This document shows, piece by piece, positions 45,585 to 57,588 of a stretch of DNA of 64,000 nt. Origin of the DNA: Parcubacteria group bacterium. GTDB lineage: Bacteria; Patescibacteriota; Minisyncoccia; Phycocordibacterales; UBA2135. Both the position numbers and the translations under genes were made by a program. Each line of letters starts with the position of its first letter. Within the stretch, counting starts at the first letter, position 1. The stretch lies in the NCBI GenBank assembly GCA_016204045.1, contig JACQLQ010000001.1, forward strand, positions 193,579 through 257,578, written 5' to 3'. Below the pieces are notes generated by a model. The model did no database searches, had not been told where the DNA came from, and saw only the letters and a program-made list of their open reading frames with translations.

Positions 45585-46203
45585 TCCACCTACTCATTTT
45601 GCCGCAGGTGTGCCCGCACGGGGGCGCAACACACGCCGCTACGCGCAAGGCTTCACGTTGGTGGAACTCATTGTGACAATCTCCATCTTTGTCATCATCT
45701 CTGCCATTACCCTCTTCAACTATCCGAGCTTCTCTAGTCGCATTGCGTTGGACAACTTGGCTCACGAGATAGCTCTGACAGTACGTGAGGCGCAGGTGTT
45801 TGGCACCAGTGTTCGGGAATTCGGCGCGGGGAGCGGTACGTTCCCTGGACATGGGATTTACTTCGCGACGAGCGACAATACACACTTCACTCTTTTTGCC
45901 GATGTCGATTCAGATGGGTTTTACGGGGGGTGTGTAGGTGATGTCTGCGCTGAGCAGGTGGACGAGTACGCCATGCAACAAGGGCACACCCTGTCACAGT
46001 TGTGTGTTTACGCCTCTCCGGGAGGGGGGTGTATTTCGGTTCCCGCACTTCACATTACGTATGTGCGTCCCAATCCGGAAGCGCAGATCCGAGATAATGG
46101 TGGTTCTCTCTATGCGTATGCCGCGATCGCCGTGTCCTCTTCTCGCGGCGATACGCGAACGGTTGAAGTGTGGTCAAACGGGCAGATAACTGTCCGTCGA
46201 TAG
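45574..46203 (+). CDS. minor pilin / pseudopilin
   Basis: Prepilin motif GFTLVELIVTISIFV. Confidence 0.7.
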   Translation: MFFSPPTHFAAGVPARGRNTRRYAQGFTLVELIVTISIFVIISAITLFNYPSFSSRIALDNLAHEIALTVREAQVFGTSVREFGAGSGTFPGHGIYFATSDNTHFTLFADVDSDGFYGGCVGDVCAEQVDEYAMQQGHTLSQLCVYASPGGGCISVPALHITYVRPNPEAQIRDNGGSLYAYAAIAVSSSRGDTRTVEVWSNGQITVRR

Positions 46204-46217
46204 CTTTTTCTAACCAG

Positions 46218-46787
46218 ATGCTAAAGTCTAAAAGTCAAAAGTCGCAAAAGGGGTTCACGGTGCTTGAGATGATCGTTGCGCTCGGGCTTTTTACCGTTGT
46301 CGTCACGGTCGCCGTCGGTGCATTAACTGCACTCGGTACCGCCTCAGGAAAGGCGCAGTCATCCCGCATCGTTATGGATAACTTGAATTTCACCGTTGAG
46401 AACATTGCGCGAAGTATGCGCGTGGGTACGAAGTATCATTGCGGATCAGGAGGAACTCTTACGGACCCACTACCTTGCCAGGTTAATGGAGAACAGTTCA
46501 TAGCATTTTTGGATTCTCAATCAAGGACGGTCGCCTTCCGCCTCAACGCAGGTCGCATTGAGAAATCGACAAATTGTAGCCCTTTTTTGTGCAGTGACTG
46601 GCTCGGCATTACCGACCCTGCACTCACCATTACGGAATTTCGTTTCTTTGTCACTGGGGCATTCTCGGGGGACGGTGTTCAGCCGAAGGCGCTTTTAGTG
46701 GTAGTGGGCACTGCTGGCAGAAAAGACATTGAGGAGGCGACATTTAATCTGCAAACACTCATTACTCAGCGTCTCTTAGATTCATAA
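46218..46787 (+). CDS. minor pilin / pseudopilin
   Basis: Prepilin motif KGFTVLEMIVALGLF. Confidence 0.7.
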   Translation: MLKSKSQKSQKGFTVLEMIVALGLFTVVVTVAVGALTALGTASGKAQSSRIVMDNLNFTVENIARSMRVGTKYHCGSGGTLTDPLPCQVNGEQFIAFLDSQSRTVAFRLNAGRIEKSTNCSPFLCSDWLGITDPALTITEFRFFVTGAFSGDGVQPKALLVVVGTAGRKDIEEATFNLQTLITQRLLDS

Positions 46788-46795
46788 CGTAACGT

Positions 46796-47314
46796 ATGGC
46801 ATACAGACAGGATCTAAAACTGCATGAAGGGTTCTCGCTTATCGAGGCGCTCGTTGCCATATCGGTTCTTGTGCTTGCGTTGACGGGTACCATGACCGTG
46901 GCGTCGAAGGGGCTAGTTTCCTCTGATGTCGCGCGTGACCAAATTGTGGCGTTCTATCTTGCCCAAGAAGCTGTGGAGTTTGTCCGCAACACTCGGGACA
47001 ACAACTCTCTTGCGGAGAACGATTGGCTGAGCCGCCTTGAGCCAGCATGTACGGCTACAGATTGTCGCATTGACGTGAATGCCACTCCACCTAATGACAT
47101 TGTTGGTTGCCCAACGACATGCCCTGTCCTAAGACTTTCGGCAAGTGGCATCTACAACCACGGGAGTGGTAATGATACGGTGTTTCGAAGGTCGGTGCGC
47201 ATAGCCGAGACGGTTGCGGATCGTGAAGCAACTATTGATGTCACTATTGCGTGGGATCGTCGTGGGCACCCGCGCGACTTCACTATTCGCGAGCATATCT
47301 TTCATTGGAAATGA
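46796..47314 (+). CDS. minor pilin / pseudopilin
   Basis: Prepilin motif EGFSLIEALVAISVL. Confidence 0.7.
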   Translation: MAYRQDLKLHEGFSLIEALVAISVLVLALTGTMTVASKGLVSSDVARDQIVAFYLAQEAVEFVRNTRDNNSLAENDWLSRLEPACTATDCRIDVNATPPNDIVGCPTTCPVLRLSASGIYNHGSGNDTVFRRSVRIAETVADREATIDVTIAWDRRGHPRDFTIREHIFHWK

Positions 47315-47371
47315 TTCCGGTTGTTAACTTTCAGTTTTTAGCTGTTAGCAAAGCCTGTTCAATTTAAACGC

Positions 47372-49907
<2,536 letters not shown>

Positions 49908-49976
49908 TGCCACTTTGATTTGCAGGGGGCATTTTTTTGTTGTATAAGCTGGGGAGACTTGAGTGGAGAAAAACCA

Positions 49977-51482
49977 ATGGATTGGCGGACGATTGTCGAT
50001 CCCATGGCGTATCATACCCCGTCTTTTTTCCGAGAAGGTGTCTATGCTCACCCTTCGGGAGAGCGGTTCACTATTGTCCACCCTGCTACAGGTGAGCGAG
50101 TCTGCACCTTCCACGTCGGAGATGCCCACAATACGACATTTGCTGTGTCCGTTGCAGATCGTGCTTTTCGTGAAAGCGGGTGGGCAAAGGCATCGCGCTT
50201 CGAACGCGCGGGGGCACTGATTAAGCTAGCCCAGTTGCTACGAGCAAACAAGGAACGTCTCGGAACACTTGAGGCGCTCCAAACAGGCAAACTTCTTTCG
50301 GAGTGTGTTGGTCACGACGCAGATCGTGCGGCGCAGAACTTCGAGATGTTTGCTAAAGCAGTCGGAGGTGGCGACCTCAAGGAAGAAGTTCTCGAGCAAG
50401 AAACAGCATTTCTAGATCGGAAAGGTCGCGCTTCGACAACGGTCTACCGCAATGCGGTTGGAGTCGTGGGCATCATCATTCCATGGAATAGCCCGCTCAT
50501 GCTTTCCTCATGGCATGTGGCGCCAGCTCTTGCTGTAGGAAACACGGTGGTCTTGAAACTTCCGTTGTGGGCGCCTCTCGCGGTGCTTGAGCTTGGTAAG
50601 CTAGCCAACGAGGCGGGGATTCCTCCTGGGGTCTTCAACATCATTGTCGGAGACAAAGAAGCAGGCGAAGCACTAGTTGCTGATCCGCGTGTAAAGCGCA
50701 TCTCGTTTACCGGCAGCGTCCCTGTTGGGAAGGCGATCAATGTCGCAAACGCGAAAGTGCGCCTTACTCCGCCAATGCTCGAGCTGGGCGGCAAGGGAGC
50801 GAACATTGTCTTCAGCGATGCATCTCTCGACGCGGTCAAGGGTGTCGCGCGAAGCATCTGGAGAAGCCAAGGGCAGTCCTGTGTTGCGGGTTCTCGTCTC
50901 TTGCTCCAAGAAGGCATCTATGATGATTTTATGCAGCGACTTAAGGATTACACCGCAAGTCTTCGCATTGGCAATCACATGGAGCACGGCACTGAGATTG
51001 GCCCGGTCATTACAAGGAAACACCGCGATCGGGTAATGGAGATGATTGAGATGGCAAAAGGGGAGGGTGCGCGCCTCTCTCATGGCGGCACGGTCCTTGT
51101 AGGAGAAGGGTGCGCAAACGGAAACTTCGTTGTGCCAACGATCTTTGAAGAAGTAACGCCAGAGATGCGGATTTTCCAAGAAGAAGTGTTTGGTCCGGTG
51201 CTTACCGTAACGCCGTTTGCTGATGCGAATGATGCCATCACGCTCGCGAATGCGACGCCATTCGGTCTTTCCTCGAACGTGTGGTCAAGCGATGTGGGTT
51301 TCGCACATGGCGTTGCCCAGAGCATTGAGGCGGGCATGGTGTGGGTCAACTCCCATTTTGTCCGCGATCTCCGAGCGCCTTTTGGTGGGGTTAAGGACAG
51401 CGGCACTGGTCGCGCAGGTGGAAAGTGGAGCTTGGAATATTTTACCGAGCCGCAGATGATCTGCGATTTCGTGCCAAACTAA
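49977..51482 (+). CDS. NAD(P)-dependent aldehyde dehydrogenase
   Basis: ALDH motifs FTGSVPVGKAI, ELGGKGANIVF and catalytic Cys region GQSCVAGSR. GGAG Shine-Dalgarno upstream. Confidence 0.85.
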   Translation: MDWRTIVDPMAYHTPSFFREGVYAHPSGERFTIVHPATGERVCTFHVGDAHNTTFAVSVADRAFRESGWAKASRFERAGALIKLAQLLRANKERLGTLEALQTGKLLSECVGHDADRAAQNFEMFAKAVGGGDLKEEVLEQETAFLDRKGRASTTVYRNAVGVVGIIIPWNSPLMLSSWHVAPALAVGNTVVLKLPLWAPLAVLELGKLANEAGIPPGVFNIIVGDKEAGEALVADPRVKRISFTGSVPVGKAINVANAKVRLTPPMLELGGKGANIVFSDASLDAVKGVARSIWRSQGQSCVAGSRLLLQEGIYDDFMQRLKDYTASLRIGNHMEHGTEIGPVITRKHRDRVMEMIEMAKGEGARLSHGGTVLVGEGCANGNFVVPTIFEEVTPEMRIFQEEVFGPVLTVTPFADANDAITLANATPFGLSSNVWSSDVGFAHGVAQSIEAGMVWVNSHFVRDLRAPFGGVKDSGTGRAGGKWSLEYFTEPQMICDFVPN

Positions 51483-51538
51483 AGTAAAAGAAAATACCCT
51501 CCGATTAGAATCGGAGGGCTTTTATTTTATGCGATGTC

Positions 51539-52453
51539 TTATGCTGCGATAGTCTCGCGCAATATTGCTAGATTCTTCCGTAACTGCGGCTCGAAGTCGT
51601 TTTTGGGTAGCATATACGGTGCGCGTGGCTTCCCCATGTCGATACCCGTGACAATGGATGCAGCGAGCTTTGTCGACCCGACATGTCGCTGGTTGTCCTC
51701 TCCACCGCGGGGGAAGGTGATATTGGTCTGGTTCTGGATATCCTCGATTTTGCGGTGGACAACAGATCTCCCCGTCTTGTCGAAGATGCGCCACATGGCG
51801 ACCACGGCCTCAAGTGCAAAGATGTTCACGAAGCCGCCACCAGAACCAAGGACCAGTCCTGTGGAAAATGCTCGGAATGTCGTGAAAATTGGAACGACCC
51901 CACCCACCTCAATGAACAAAGGCTCGAGATGCGATTGCCGATCAGTCTTTACTTCTTTCATTCCCACAACACCGGGGATGCGCACGAGCCTACCAGCAAA
52001 TTCTGGAGAAATACTCACTTTGGAGAGCTTTGGATTATGGTACACCACAACGGGGAGGCCTAAGGCCGCCACCTCGCTGAAGTGTTGGAACACTTCGTCT
52101 TTGTCGGGCACCCAATAATATGGGGGAACGACCTGCGCCGCCATGTACCCGAGATCTCTTGCCCTTTTCGTGTGGGTGCGGATCTTCCAAAGGCATGTGT
52201 CAGCAGTGGTCGCGATAAGGCGAAGCCGTGGGTGGTATTTTGCGACATGGTTGGCGCAAACGCCGAAGCATGCCCACCGCTCGATGTCATCGAGACAAGC
52301 GAATTCACCAATACTTGGTGTTACCACAATTCCATCGGCACCGTGTGTTGCGCACCAGTCGATCTCTGCGCGAAGGGCGCCGTAATCGATGCGCCCCTCT
52401 TCATCCATGGGCGTGACAAGCATCGCGTAGATGCCATGAGGAAGGCGATTCAT
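51539..52453 (-). CDS. DapA-family (dihydrodipicolinate synthase / N-acetylneuraminate lyase-like) class I aldolase
   Basis: N-terminal LVTPMDEEG...GADGIVV pattern and a Schiff-base lysine region. Confidence 0.7.
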   Translation of the reverse strand: MNRLPHGIYAMLVTPMDEEGRIDYGALRAEIDWCATHGADGIVVTPSIGEFACLDDIERWACFGVCANHVAKYHPRLRLIATTADTCLWKIRTHTKRARDLGYMAAQVVPPYYWVPDKDEVFQHFSEVAALGLPVVVYHNPKLSKVSISPEFAGRLVRIPGVVGMKEVKTDRQSHLEPLFIEVGGVVPIFTTFRAFSTGLVLGSGGGFVNIFALEAVVAMWRIFDKTGRSVVHRKIEDIQNQTNITFPRGGEDNQRHVGSTKLAASIVTGIDMGKPRAPYMLPKNDFEPQLRKNLAILRETIAA

Positions 52454-52536
52454 ACGTTTCCTCTACCACATCTTTCTGTCTGAAATGTGTTCTTTTTTGA
52501 TCTGTTTGTCAAGAAAAAACCACCAGTGTGGTGGTA

Positions 52537-53406
52537 TCAATGCGGTACATCGAACCAAAGATTCACTTGGCCCGTGCCGACAGCGGCCTCGTATTCGCCC
52601 AACTGCTCGGCCTTAAGTGTGCAATACTGCCCGCCGAGCGTACCTACCATGCGGAGGTAGTGCGAGAAGCGACCCTCTGGTGAGGCAACGCGGCGATATG
52701 CGGGGGCAAGGTCAATGACCCTCTCATGTCGCCCGGCTTTCAGAAGTTCAATAATCTGTTCATCCATCGCTCTATTCTCGGGAGGAATGTTTGCCAAGTC
52801 AGGTGAAGCTTTTTGGAAAAGCTCATCAAATGGATGGAATTTATGGGAGAGGCCTCCAGACGCGACCAATACGACACGGCGACCACTTTTCCCGATGGCT
52901 TCGCGGATGGCAGCCCCGAGATCGAGATCGTTTTGCACCGACGTCGTGAAGTTGTTGCTAATGGGGAGAACTCGTCGTTTCTTCCTCGTGTTTAGGAAGT
53001 GCATCGGCACAAGTGTTGGATAGTGGTATGGCAGGTGTTTCTCTGTCGACCGCATGACTCGGATCAAAAACCGCATGTCGTTAGCCGTGTACCCGATTTC
53101 CTCTGCAAGCTCTGGGTCACCAGGGTAGTCGAAGCGGAGATCGTGTATCATAGTGGGCACTTCTTCCGAGGTGTAGATTCCTCGGTGGCGTGCCCGACCG
53201 TCAACCACAATGTGCGTGAGTGCATTCCAGTGCGTATCAAAGACGATGAAGGTGTCGAACTCTAGCGCCGCAAGCTTCTCTTTAATGCGCGCGTAAGCGT
53301 CGAAAAAAGTAGTACCCTTGCCTTGCGTGTATCTCGCTCGCTCCTCCGCCGACATCATAAGTCGTGGAATATGCGAAAGAAGCACGGCACCTACGATTTC
53401 GCCCAT
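52537..53406 (-). CDS. putative class III extradiol ring-cleavage dioxygenase (LigB-family catalytic subunit-like)
   Basis: N-terminal LLSHIP His motif, and DTHW followed by a GGLSHKF pattern. Assignment is by motif resemblance only. Confidence 0.4.
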   Translation of the reverse strand: MGEIVGAVLLSHIPRLMMSAEERARYTQGKGTTFFDAYARIKEKLAALEFDTFIVFDTHWNALTHIVVDGRARHRGIYTSEEVPTMIHDLRFDYPGDPELAEEIGYTANDMRFLIRVMRSTEKHLPYHYPTLVPMHFLNTRKKRRVLPISNNFTTSVQNDLDLGAAIREAIGKSGRRVVLVASGGLSHKFHPFDELFQKASPDLANIPPENRAMDEQIIELLKAGRHERVIDLAPAYRRVASPEGRFSHYLRMVGTLGGQYCTLKAEQLGEYEAAVGTGQVNLWFDVPH

Positions 53407-53478
53407 TGTGTTTTTGCCCCGCTCTCTGCCGTCAGACTAACTGTTTTCCAAGGTGGCGTCAAACAAAAAGCGCAAAGA

Positions 53479-54099
53479 TTACTTTGCGCTAGTCTTCAAA
53501 CTATCCAATATGCGACGGGGGATGAAGACTCCATGGTGTTCTTCTCGCGCCGCCTCCTCGACGTCGTGGTAGAGATCCCGGGCGAAATCGGAGGAGAAAC
53601 TGTCGCCTGAAGAAAAAGTACTACCCACTTGTGGTCGCTCTACGAATTCAAAAAATGGGGCTTCGTCTGACGGCAGTCTTTCGTCAAAGGGATATCCAAA
53701 AATCTGTTTTATTTCGCCACCCCACGGATCCTGACGTTGCAGAAGTTCACCCAGGAAACCGACACCCCTCTCCCTTGATTCATCGAGGAATGCCGCAATG
53801 TTCTTTATTGCCACAGCGATATGCTGGATGCTGTGATCCCCATGTCGTTCGACATACTTTGTGACCTGAGATTTTTCTTCACGGTCGATTCCTGCGATGA
53901 GAGCAATGGATAGATTGCCTGCCTTGATGCCGCAGAGCCGCATACTTGAACTGCCGCCAGGGTTTGCATCCGCAATGTCATAGAATACTCGCCCGCCGAA
54001 GATTTTTGTCCAAACCCCCTTCCATGAGTCGAATGTCTCTTGCATTACCGCAATAGCGACGTGGTCCACCCCAAGGATTTCCCAATTGCGAGAGGACAT
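53479..54099 (-). CDS. VOC-superfamily (glyoxalase / extradiol dioxygenase-like) protein
   Basis: VDHVAIAV and HIAVAIKNI beta-alpha-beta-beta-beta module signatures. Confidence 0.55.
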   Translation of the reverse strand: MSSRNWEILGVDHVAIAVMQETFDSWKGVWTKIFGGRVFYDIADANPGGSSSMRLCGIKAGNLSIALIAGIDREEKSQVTKYVERHGDHSIQHIAVAIKNIAAFLDESRERGVGFLGELLQRQDPWGGEIKQIFGYPFDERLPSDEAPFFEFVERPQVGSTFSSGDSFSSDFARDLYHDVEEAAREEHHGVFIPRRILDSLKTSAK

Positions 54100-54224
54100 T
54101 CGTCTCTCCGCGCGAAGGATTCTTCCTGTGTTGTATCACGGGGTCGTAGACTGTACACTTGACAGGCGTCCGTTTTGTCTTCCTCTCTGATGTTTTTTTT
54201 GTTACTATAAGAGATATATCGTGT

Positions 54225-54506
54225 ATGGAAAAGACTGAAATCCAACATCTCGCAGAACTTGCGCGAGTAAAGATTACCGACACACAACTAGAAGCGCTTC
54301 GAGGGGACCTAGGAGCGATTTTGAACTATGTCTCGAAGATAAAAGAGGTGAGCGGAGACACCTCTGGGGTAAGTGATCTGGGTCTTGTGCGCAACGTAAT
54401 GCGTGAAGACGGAGAGCCGCACGAGAGCGGAGTCTATTCTGAAGACTTGCTTGCCGAGGTGCCACAGCGTGAGGGGCAGTATATCAAAGTCAAAAAGATT
54501 CTTTAA
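54225..54506 (+). CDS. gatC: Asp/Glu-tRNA(Asn/Gln) amidotransferase subunit C
   Basis: 93 aa beginning MEKTEIQHLAELARVKITDTQLEAL, typical of GatC. Upstream of gatA. Confidence 0.8.
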   Translation: MEKTEIQHLAELARVKITDTQLEALRGDLGAILNYVSKIKEVSGDTSGVSDLGLVRNVMREDGEPHESGVYSEDLLAEVPQREGQYIKVKKIL

Positions 54507-54519
54507 GCTCTTATTTCTG

Positions 54520-55962
54520 ATGAAGATCGCATTACAAGAACTCACAATTTCAAAAGCGCGCGAGGGGCTACTAAGGGGCGAGTTTAGCGCTCGCGATTTA
54601 ACCACGGCCTATCTGAAGCGCGTCGAGGAGGGGAATGGCGAGATTAACGCATACCTCGAGGTTTTTGACGACGCTGAATCACAAGCGAAGGAGGCGGACA
54701 AAGTCATAAAGGCAAAAGGCGCCGAAAGCCCGATGCTTTGCGGCATCCCACTCGCAATCAAGGACAATATTCTCATCAAAGGGCGAAAAGTGTCAGCCGC
54801 TTCAAAGATTTTGGAAGGGTATCGTGCGACGTATGATGCGACCGCAATAATGCGACTTAAGAAACACCATTCCGTTTTTCTTGGTCGTGCGAATATGGAC
54901 GAGTTTGCGATGGGCGCCTCAACCGAAAACTCCGCTTTCGGTGTAGTAAGGAACCCGCATGACCAAACACGTGTCGCGGGCGGTTCCTCGGGTGGGTCAG
55001 CAGCGGCTGTTGCCGCAGATTTCGCCCTCGCGGCACTTGGATCTGACACTGCAGGTTCTGTACGCCAACCCTCTGCCTTTTGTGGCACAGTGGGCCTCAA
55101 GCCGACGTACGGAAGCGTTTCCCGCTCCGGCCTCATCGCCATGGGCTCATCGCTCGATGTCATCGGCCCCATCGGCAAGACAGTCGAAGATTGTAAACTC
55201 ATTTTCAAAGCAATAGCCGGTCAAGACCCGCTCGACAGCACCTCTATTGAGGCCTCGCCAGCGACTGATGAATTGCGCCGCCCCCTTGTCATAGGAGTTC
55301 CGGGGGATTTCGTGAAGAACGGAGTTGACGAAGACATTTCGGCGAACTTCTTGGAAATAGTCGCCAAACTTGAACGTGCCGGTATCGCAAAGGTAAAAGA
55401 AATCAGCCTTCCGCTCCTGCCGTATTCTTTGCCCGCGTATTACACGATCATTCCTGCAGAAGTGTCCACCAACCTTGCACGTTTTGATGGTGTAAAGTAC
55501 GGAGCGTACAAGGGCGGGAGCTCTCTCCTCGCAGACTACCTGGAGACGCGTGCTCTGTTTGGCCACGAAGCACATCGGAGGATTTTGCTCGGCACGTATG
55601 TGCTCTCTGCGGGGCATGCCGATGCGTATTACAACAAAGCAACCGCTGTGCGCGCGCTTGTGCGCAAGGAGTTGTGCGCCGTGTTTGCGGGAGAAGAAGC
55701 GGTTGACGTTATCATGACCCCCACGACTCCGACACCCGCTTTCTCCATAGGAGAGAAGTCGCAGGACCCGCTCTCTATGTATCTCGCAGATATTTTTACC
55801 GTCATTGCGAACATTGCCGGCGTTCCTGCTTTGTCAGTCCCATCGGGCACGACACTTCGAGACGGAAAGAAGCTTCCGCTAGGCATACAGTTTATGGCGG
55901 CCCACAGGAACGAAGCCGCCCTGTTCGCTGCTGGAGTCGCAATCGAGCAAATCAGATCGTAA
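54520..55962 (+). CDS. gatA: Glu-tRNA(Gln) amidotransferase subunit A (amidase signature family)
   Basis: Amidase signature GGSSGGSAAAV. The catalytic Ser-cisSer-Lys triad context is present. Confidence 0.9.
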   Translation: MKIALQELTISKAREGLLRGEFSARDLTTAYLKRVEEGNGEINAYLEVFDDAESQAKEADKVIKAKGAESPMLCGIPLAIKDNILIKGRKVSAASKILEGYRATYDATAIMRLKKHHSVFLGRANMDEFAMGASTENSAFGVVRNPHDQTRVAGGSSGGSAAAVAADFALAALGSDTAGSVRQPSAFCGTVGLKPTYGSVSRSGLIAMGSSLDVIGPIGKTVEDCKLIFKAIAGQDPLDSTSIEASPATDELRRPLVIGVPGDFVKNGVDEDISANFLEIVAKLERAGIAKVKEISLPLLPYSLPAYYTIIPAEVSTNLARFDGVKYGAYKGGSSLLADYLETRALFGHEAHRRILLGTYVLSAGHADAYYNKATAVRALVRKELCAVFAGEEAVDVIMTPTTPTPAFSIGEKSQDPLSMYLADIFTVIANIAGVPALSVPSGTTLRDGKKLPLGIQFMAAHRNEAALFAAGVAIEQIRS

Positions 55963-56559
55963 TTGTTTATGGCGCCATTTGAACCAAACTATTTAAACGT
56001 CGAATATTTCTTCAACCTGTTGCTCTACCTCTTGGGAAGGGCGTACCTCTTTCTTCTGTGGCTCCTCGATTGGCTTGCACGTACCGACTTCACCATTTGG
56101 AAAATTCTCTTTTGGATACTAACGTTTATCATCCTCGGCCTTATCGTATACGCGGTAGTAAAGCACAGGAAGTTGGACAAAGCGATGGAGGAGAAATATG
56201 GCGAAGTGCAGATTAAGTATCTCGAGCGCCAGTCGCTTGCAGACCGCAACCTCAAATGGCAGCGCGTGCTCGATTATATTGATTCACAAAATGAGTCCGA
56301 CTGGCGCTTCGCCATCATGGAGGCAGACTCAATGCTTGACGAAGTACTCGACGCTGCCGGGTATGTCGGCGATACGTTAGGGGAGAAGTTAAAGGGCGCG
56401 GTAATCGGTGACTTCAAAACTTTGAACGAAGCGTGGGAGGCGCACAAAATTCGAAACCAAATTGCGCACGAAGGAACAAACTTCTATCTTTCAAAACGCG
56501 AAACAGAGCGTATCATTAACCTCTATCGCAAAGTGTTTGAAGAGTTTCACTTTGTGTAA
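55963..56559 (+). CDS. hypothetical membrane protein (198 aa)
   Basis: Two or three N-terminal TM helices. Start codon overlaps the gatA stop. Confidence 0.5.
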   Translation: MFMAPFEPNYLNVEYFFNLLLYLLGRAYLFLLWLLDWLARTDFTIWKILFWILTFIILGLIVYAVVKHRKLDKAMEEKYGEVQIKYLERQSLADRNLKWQRVLDYIDSQNESDWRFAIMEADSMLDEVLDAAGYVGDTLGEKLKGAVIGDFKTLNEAWEAHKIRNQIAHEGTNFYLSKRETERIINLYRKVFEEFHFV

Positions 56560-56562
56560 ACA

Positions 56563-56589
56563 AAACGTCCGCGGAAGCGGACGTTTTGT
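56563..56589. terminator. bidirectional intrinsic terminator (aaaacgtccgc-ggaa-gcggacgtttt)
   Basis: Perfect 11-bp stem flanked by A- and T-runs, between convergent genes. Confidence 0.8.
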
Positions 56590-56602
56590 TTTGTCTCACG
56601 CA

Positions 56603-57367
56603 TCAGTTTTTAGTGTGTTTCTGTACAAGATTGTTAACTAATGCATCAATGTGTTCTCTGCCGAGGCGAAACACATCTGCATCCTGAATGTCCCTTTCGC
56701 TAATCGGCGAGGGGGTGGGGTCAAGATCAGCTATCACCATCCTAGGGAAGCGGCGCACGCCCAACAAATCTTTTCTTTTTTCAATGGGGCGGGGCACAGC
56801 CGCATCATCCATTTCGTCCGTGTACACGGTAAAATCACCGACATAAAAGGCGCTCGCCTCGAGGAAGCCCTTCATGTGTTCGACATCCTCGGGATTCTTG
56901 TTGATTGCTAAGAAGATTCCAATATCGAAAGGAATGCCGTATTTCCGTAATTCTCGCGTCGCATCAATGAGGCTGTCACCCTTAAACAATGTGTCGTCAA
57001 TAATAAGTACTCTTTTACCCTCACTTTTTATTTTTTCTGCGTCATCAAACAGGGCCTTGAGTTGAGGGGTTGAGGTTGCTTCATAGTGCGGAGCCACAAA
57101 CAGACGTTGAGGAGGTGGCTGGCCACCTCGCTTGTATAGTTCTGAAATATATTTACCCACAATGAGTGCTGGAATGCGCCCCGATGCCTCAAGGCCAATC
57201 ACGTACGGATACTCACCCCTCCTGATGCTTGCGTCTAGTTGCAGAAGGAGCAGGTCTGCCGGCTCCTCAAAAGAGCGGATATATCGTTCGATTCGTTCCT
57301 GCTCTGATAAATGATCCAGGGATCCCGCAGGCTCGGCTTCGTACATTTTGGGCGGTTTTTCTGCCAT
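56603..57367 (-). CDS. phosphoribosyltransferase-domain protein, hypothetical
   Basis: Type I PRTase motif RVLIIDDTLFKGDSL. The start is moved to MAEKPP because a hairpin overlaps the longer ORF. Confidence 0.55.
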   Translation of the reverse strand: MAEKPPKMYEAEPAGSLDHLSEQERIERYIRSFEEPADLLLLQLDASIRRGEYPYVIGLEASGRIPALIVGKYISELYKRGGQPPPQRLFVAPHYEATSTPQLKALFDDAEKIKSEGKRVLIIDDTLFKGDSLIDATRELRKYGIPFDIGIFLAINKNPEDVEHMKGFLEASAFYVGDFTVYTDEMDDAAVPRPIEKRKDLLGVRRFPRMVIADLDPTPSPISERDIQDADVFRLGREHIDALVNNLVQKHTKN

Positions 57368-57435
57368 TACTTTCAGTATAGCAAAAGCAAAAGTAAAAAC
57401 GCGCACCTAACGGCACGCGTTTTTACTGTACTTGT

Positions 57436-57506
57436 TGCGGGGACGGGAGTCGAACCCGCTACCTCAAGGTTATGAGCCTCGTGTGCAACCGTTACACTTC
57501 CCCGCG
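57436..57506 (-). tRNA. tRNA-Met (CAU), probably the initiator (C1-A72 mismatch, A73)
   Basis: Reverse complement reads CGCGGGG...CGAGG-cuCAUaa-CCUUG...CGGG-uucgacu-CCCG-CCCCGCA. Compact D-arm. No encoded CCA. Confidence 0.6.
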
Positions 57507-57588
57507 ATCAATGTCTTTTTATACCATAATTGTACGTCGTTTGCAATTGCTCGTGTTTATCAAGGCTCGGGCATGCTGACCAGGCATC

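Noticed and set aside
50673-51179. 168-aa minus-strand ORF
   Set aside because: Antisense to the aldehyde dehydrogenase.
54403-54519. Upstream extension of gatA
   Set aside because: Overlaps gatC in another frame. GatA homology starts at the Met at 54520.
57368-57406. First 13 codons of the PRTase-domain ORF
   Set aside because: They overlap a hairpin/terminator-like structure next to the tRNA. A downstream Met is preferred.
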